Part shown: positions 63,089-64,000 of the stretch, one piece after another
Numbering within the stretch: the first letter of the stretch is position 1
How the letters are laid out: each line of letters starts with the position of its first letter
Source: Myxococcales bacterium
Lineage (GTDB): Bacteria; Myxococcota_A; Polyangia; Polyangiales; Houyiibacteriaceae
Assembly: GCA_012744445.1 (NCBI GenBank)
Contig: JAAYBZ010000097.1
Coordinates: forward strand, 4,457-68,456
DNA: 64,000 bases
Reading direction: 5' to 3'
Translations under genes and position numbers: made by a program
The notes under the pieces: model-generated
The model's database searches: none
What the model saw: the letters and a program-made list of their open reading frames with translations, nothing else
Told to the model about the DNA's origin: nothing

Positions 63089-64000
63089 ATGCAGTATTCG
63101 GCCCCCGCGACCGCGTTCCCCGTCCTCCGAATCGAGCGCCGAGGGATCTCCGCCAGAGGCAGTTTCGCCGAGGCGCAGGCGAGCTACCTCCGCCCCGATC
63201 CCCGCCTCGTGCAGAAGCTCGACGACCTCCTCTCGAAGAAGCGCATCGGCGTCGTCGCGCACTTCTACATGGACCCCGAGCTCCAAGGCGTCCTCGCCTC
63301 GTGCAAGCATCCGCACATCCACGTCTCCGACTCGCTCGTGATGGCGGATCGCGCGGTGCAGATGGCGAAGGAAGGCGCCGAGCACATCGTCGTCCTCGGC
63401 GTGGACTTCATGAGCGAGAACGTGCGCGCGATGCTCGACGTCGCGGGGTTCGAGCACGTGCCGGTCTATCGCGCGGCCGAGGCCGAGATCGGCTGCTCGC
63501 TCGCGGAGGCGGCGGAGTCGCCCGCGTATCGCGCCTACCTCGAGCGCGCCCATTCGCGTCCGCACGCGCTCCACGTCGTCTACATCAACACGAGCCTGCG
63601 CACGAAGGCCCTCGCCGAAGGGCTCGTCCCGACCATCACCTGCACCTCGTCGAACGTGGTGAAGACCATCCTCCAGGCCGCCGCGCAGGTGCCCGAGGCC
63701 GAGATCTTCTTCGGCCCCGACACCTACATGGGCGAGAACCTGAAGGCGCTCTTCACCTCGCTCCTCGACCTCGACGAGTCGGCGATCCGCGCCCTCCACC
63801 CGGCGCACGATCACGCGAGCATCCGCGCGCTGCTCGAGCGCTACCACTACTTCGAGGAGGGCGCGTGCATCGTCCACCACATGTTCGGCGAGGACGTCGC
63901 GCGGCGCGTGCGCGAGGAGCACCCGGACGCCTTCGTGACGGCGCACCTCGAGGTGCCCGGCGAGATGTTCCGCCTCGGTCTCGAGGCGCAGCGGGTCGGC
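63089..64000 (+). CDS. nadA: quinolinate synthase NadA (long-type), 3' end outside window
   Basis: The frame is open from ATG 63089 to the window end. Motifs are 'IGVVAHFYMDPELQG', 'VLGVDFMSENV', 'VVYINTSLRTKA', 'ITCTSSNVV', 'CIVHHMFG' and 'AHLEVPGEMF'. This ORF is not listed in the track because it has no stop within the window. Confidence 0.85.
   Translation, partial: MQYSAPATAFPVLRIERRGISARGSFAEAQASYLRPDPRLVQKLDDLLSKKRIGVVAHFYMDPELQGVLASCKHPHIHVSDSLVMADRAVQMAKEGAEHIVVLGVDFMSENVRAMLDVAGFEHVPVYRAAEAEIGCSLAEAAESPAYRAYLERAHSRPHALHVVYINTSLRTKALAEGLVPTITCTSSNVVKTILQAAAQVPEAEIFFGPDTYMGENLKALFTSLLDLDESAIRALHPAHDHASIRALLERYHYFEEGACIVHHMFGEDVARRVREEHPDAFVTAHLEVPGEMFRLGLEAQRVG

Overview
This is a high-GC window (roughly 70% by eye) from a Gram-negative chromosome. 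Gene content suggests Myxococcota, but that is an inference. I can support about 57 protein-coding genes. I saw no rRNA, tRNA or CRISPR array. Many of the long ORFs in the six-frame track are antisense shadows typical of high-GC DNA, and I rejected them.

Gene order, left to right:
- An acyl-CoA carboxylase pair: a carboxyltransferase fragment plus a 937-aa biotin carboxylase-BCCP.
- A polytopic membrane protein, then yidD.
- A 1172-aa fusion of YyaL (thioredoxin/DUF255) with an aldo-keto-reductase-like domain.
- A TetR regulator divergent from a KamA-family radical-SAM gene. That gene is followed by a 1206-aa double BcrAD/BadFG activase-DUF2229 protein and a 620-aa dehydratase-like partner.
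- hemB.
- A ~20 kb aryl-polyene (APE) / flexirubin / xanthomonadin-type lipid-pigment cluster (17.4-37.5 kb).
- mpl, DUF1844, TamA/TamB, DUF1285, tlpA, ccmAB, D-aminoacylase, DUF3775 and an acyl-CoA dehydrogenase.
- nqrABCDEF plus nqrM, an Asp/Asn beta-hydroxylase, hemW, ttcA, an HExxH protein, and nadA (cut by the window end).

Most noteworthy observations:
1. The APE-type cluster is collinear with apeD-N and apeQ/O/C/P. It differs in carrying a MIO ammonia-lyase, a fused adenylase-dehydratase, two WxWxIP flavin halogenases and an O-methyltransferase. It has only one ACP and no ApeR-type initiation KS.
2. A lower-GC module sits inside that cluster. It holds a RAYT-like HUH/Y1 transposase and the O-methyltransferase. 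It is bounded by inverted arrays of a REP-like repeat sharing the 13-nt core GACCCAGGTTGAG. The right-hand array forms an in-frame 27-bp x3 tandem repeat at the 5' end of the methyltransferase gene.
3. The TetR-adjacent locus of KamA-like radical SAM, double activase and dehydratase-like genes has no assigned pathway. A TGACGTCA-centred 14-bp palindrome and an ACTGAC hexamer array lie inside it.

All family assignments rest on motifs I read in the translations and on recalled family knowledge. No database search was run.
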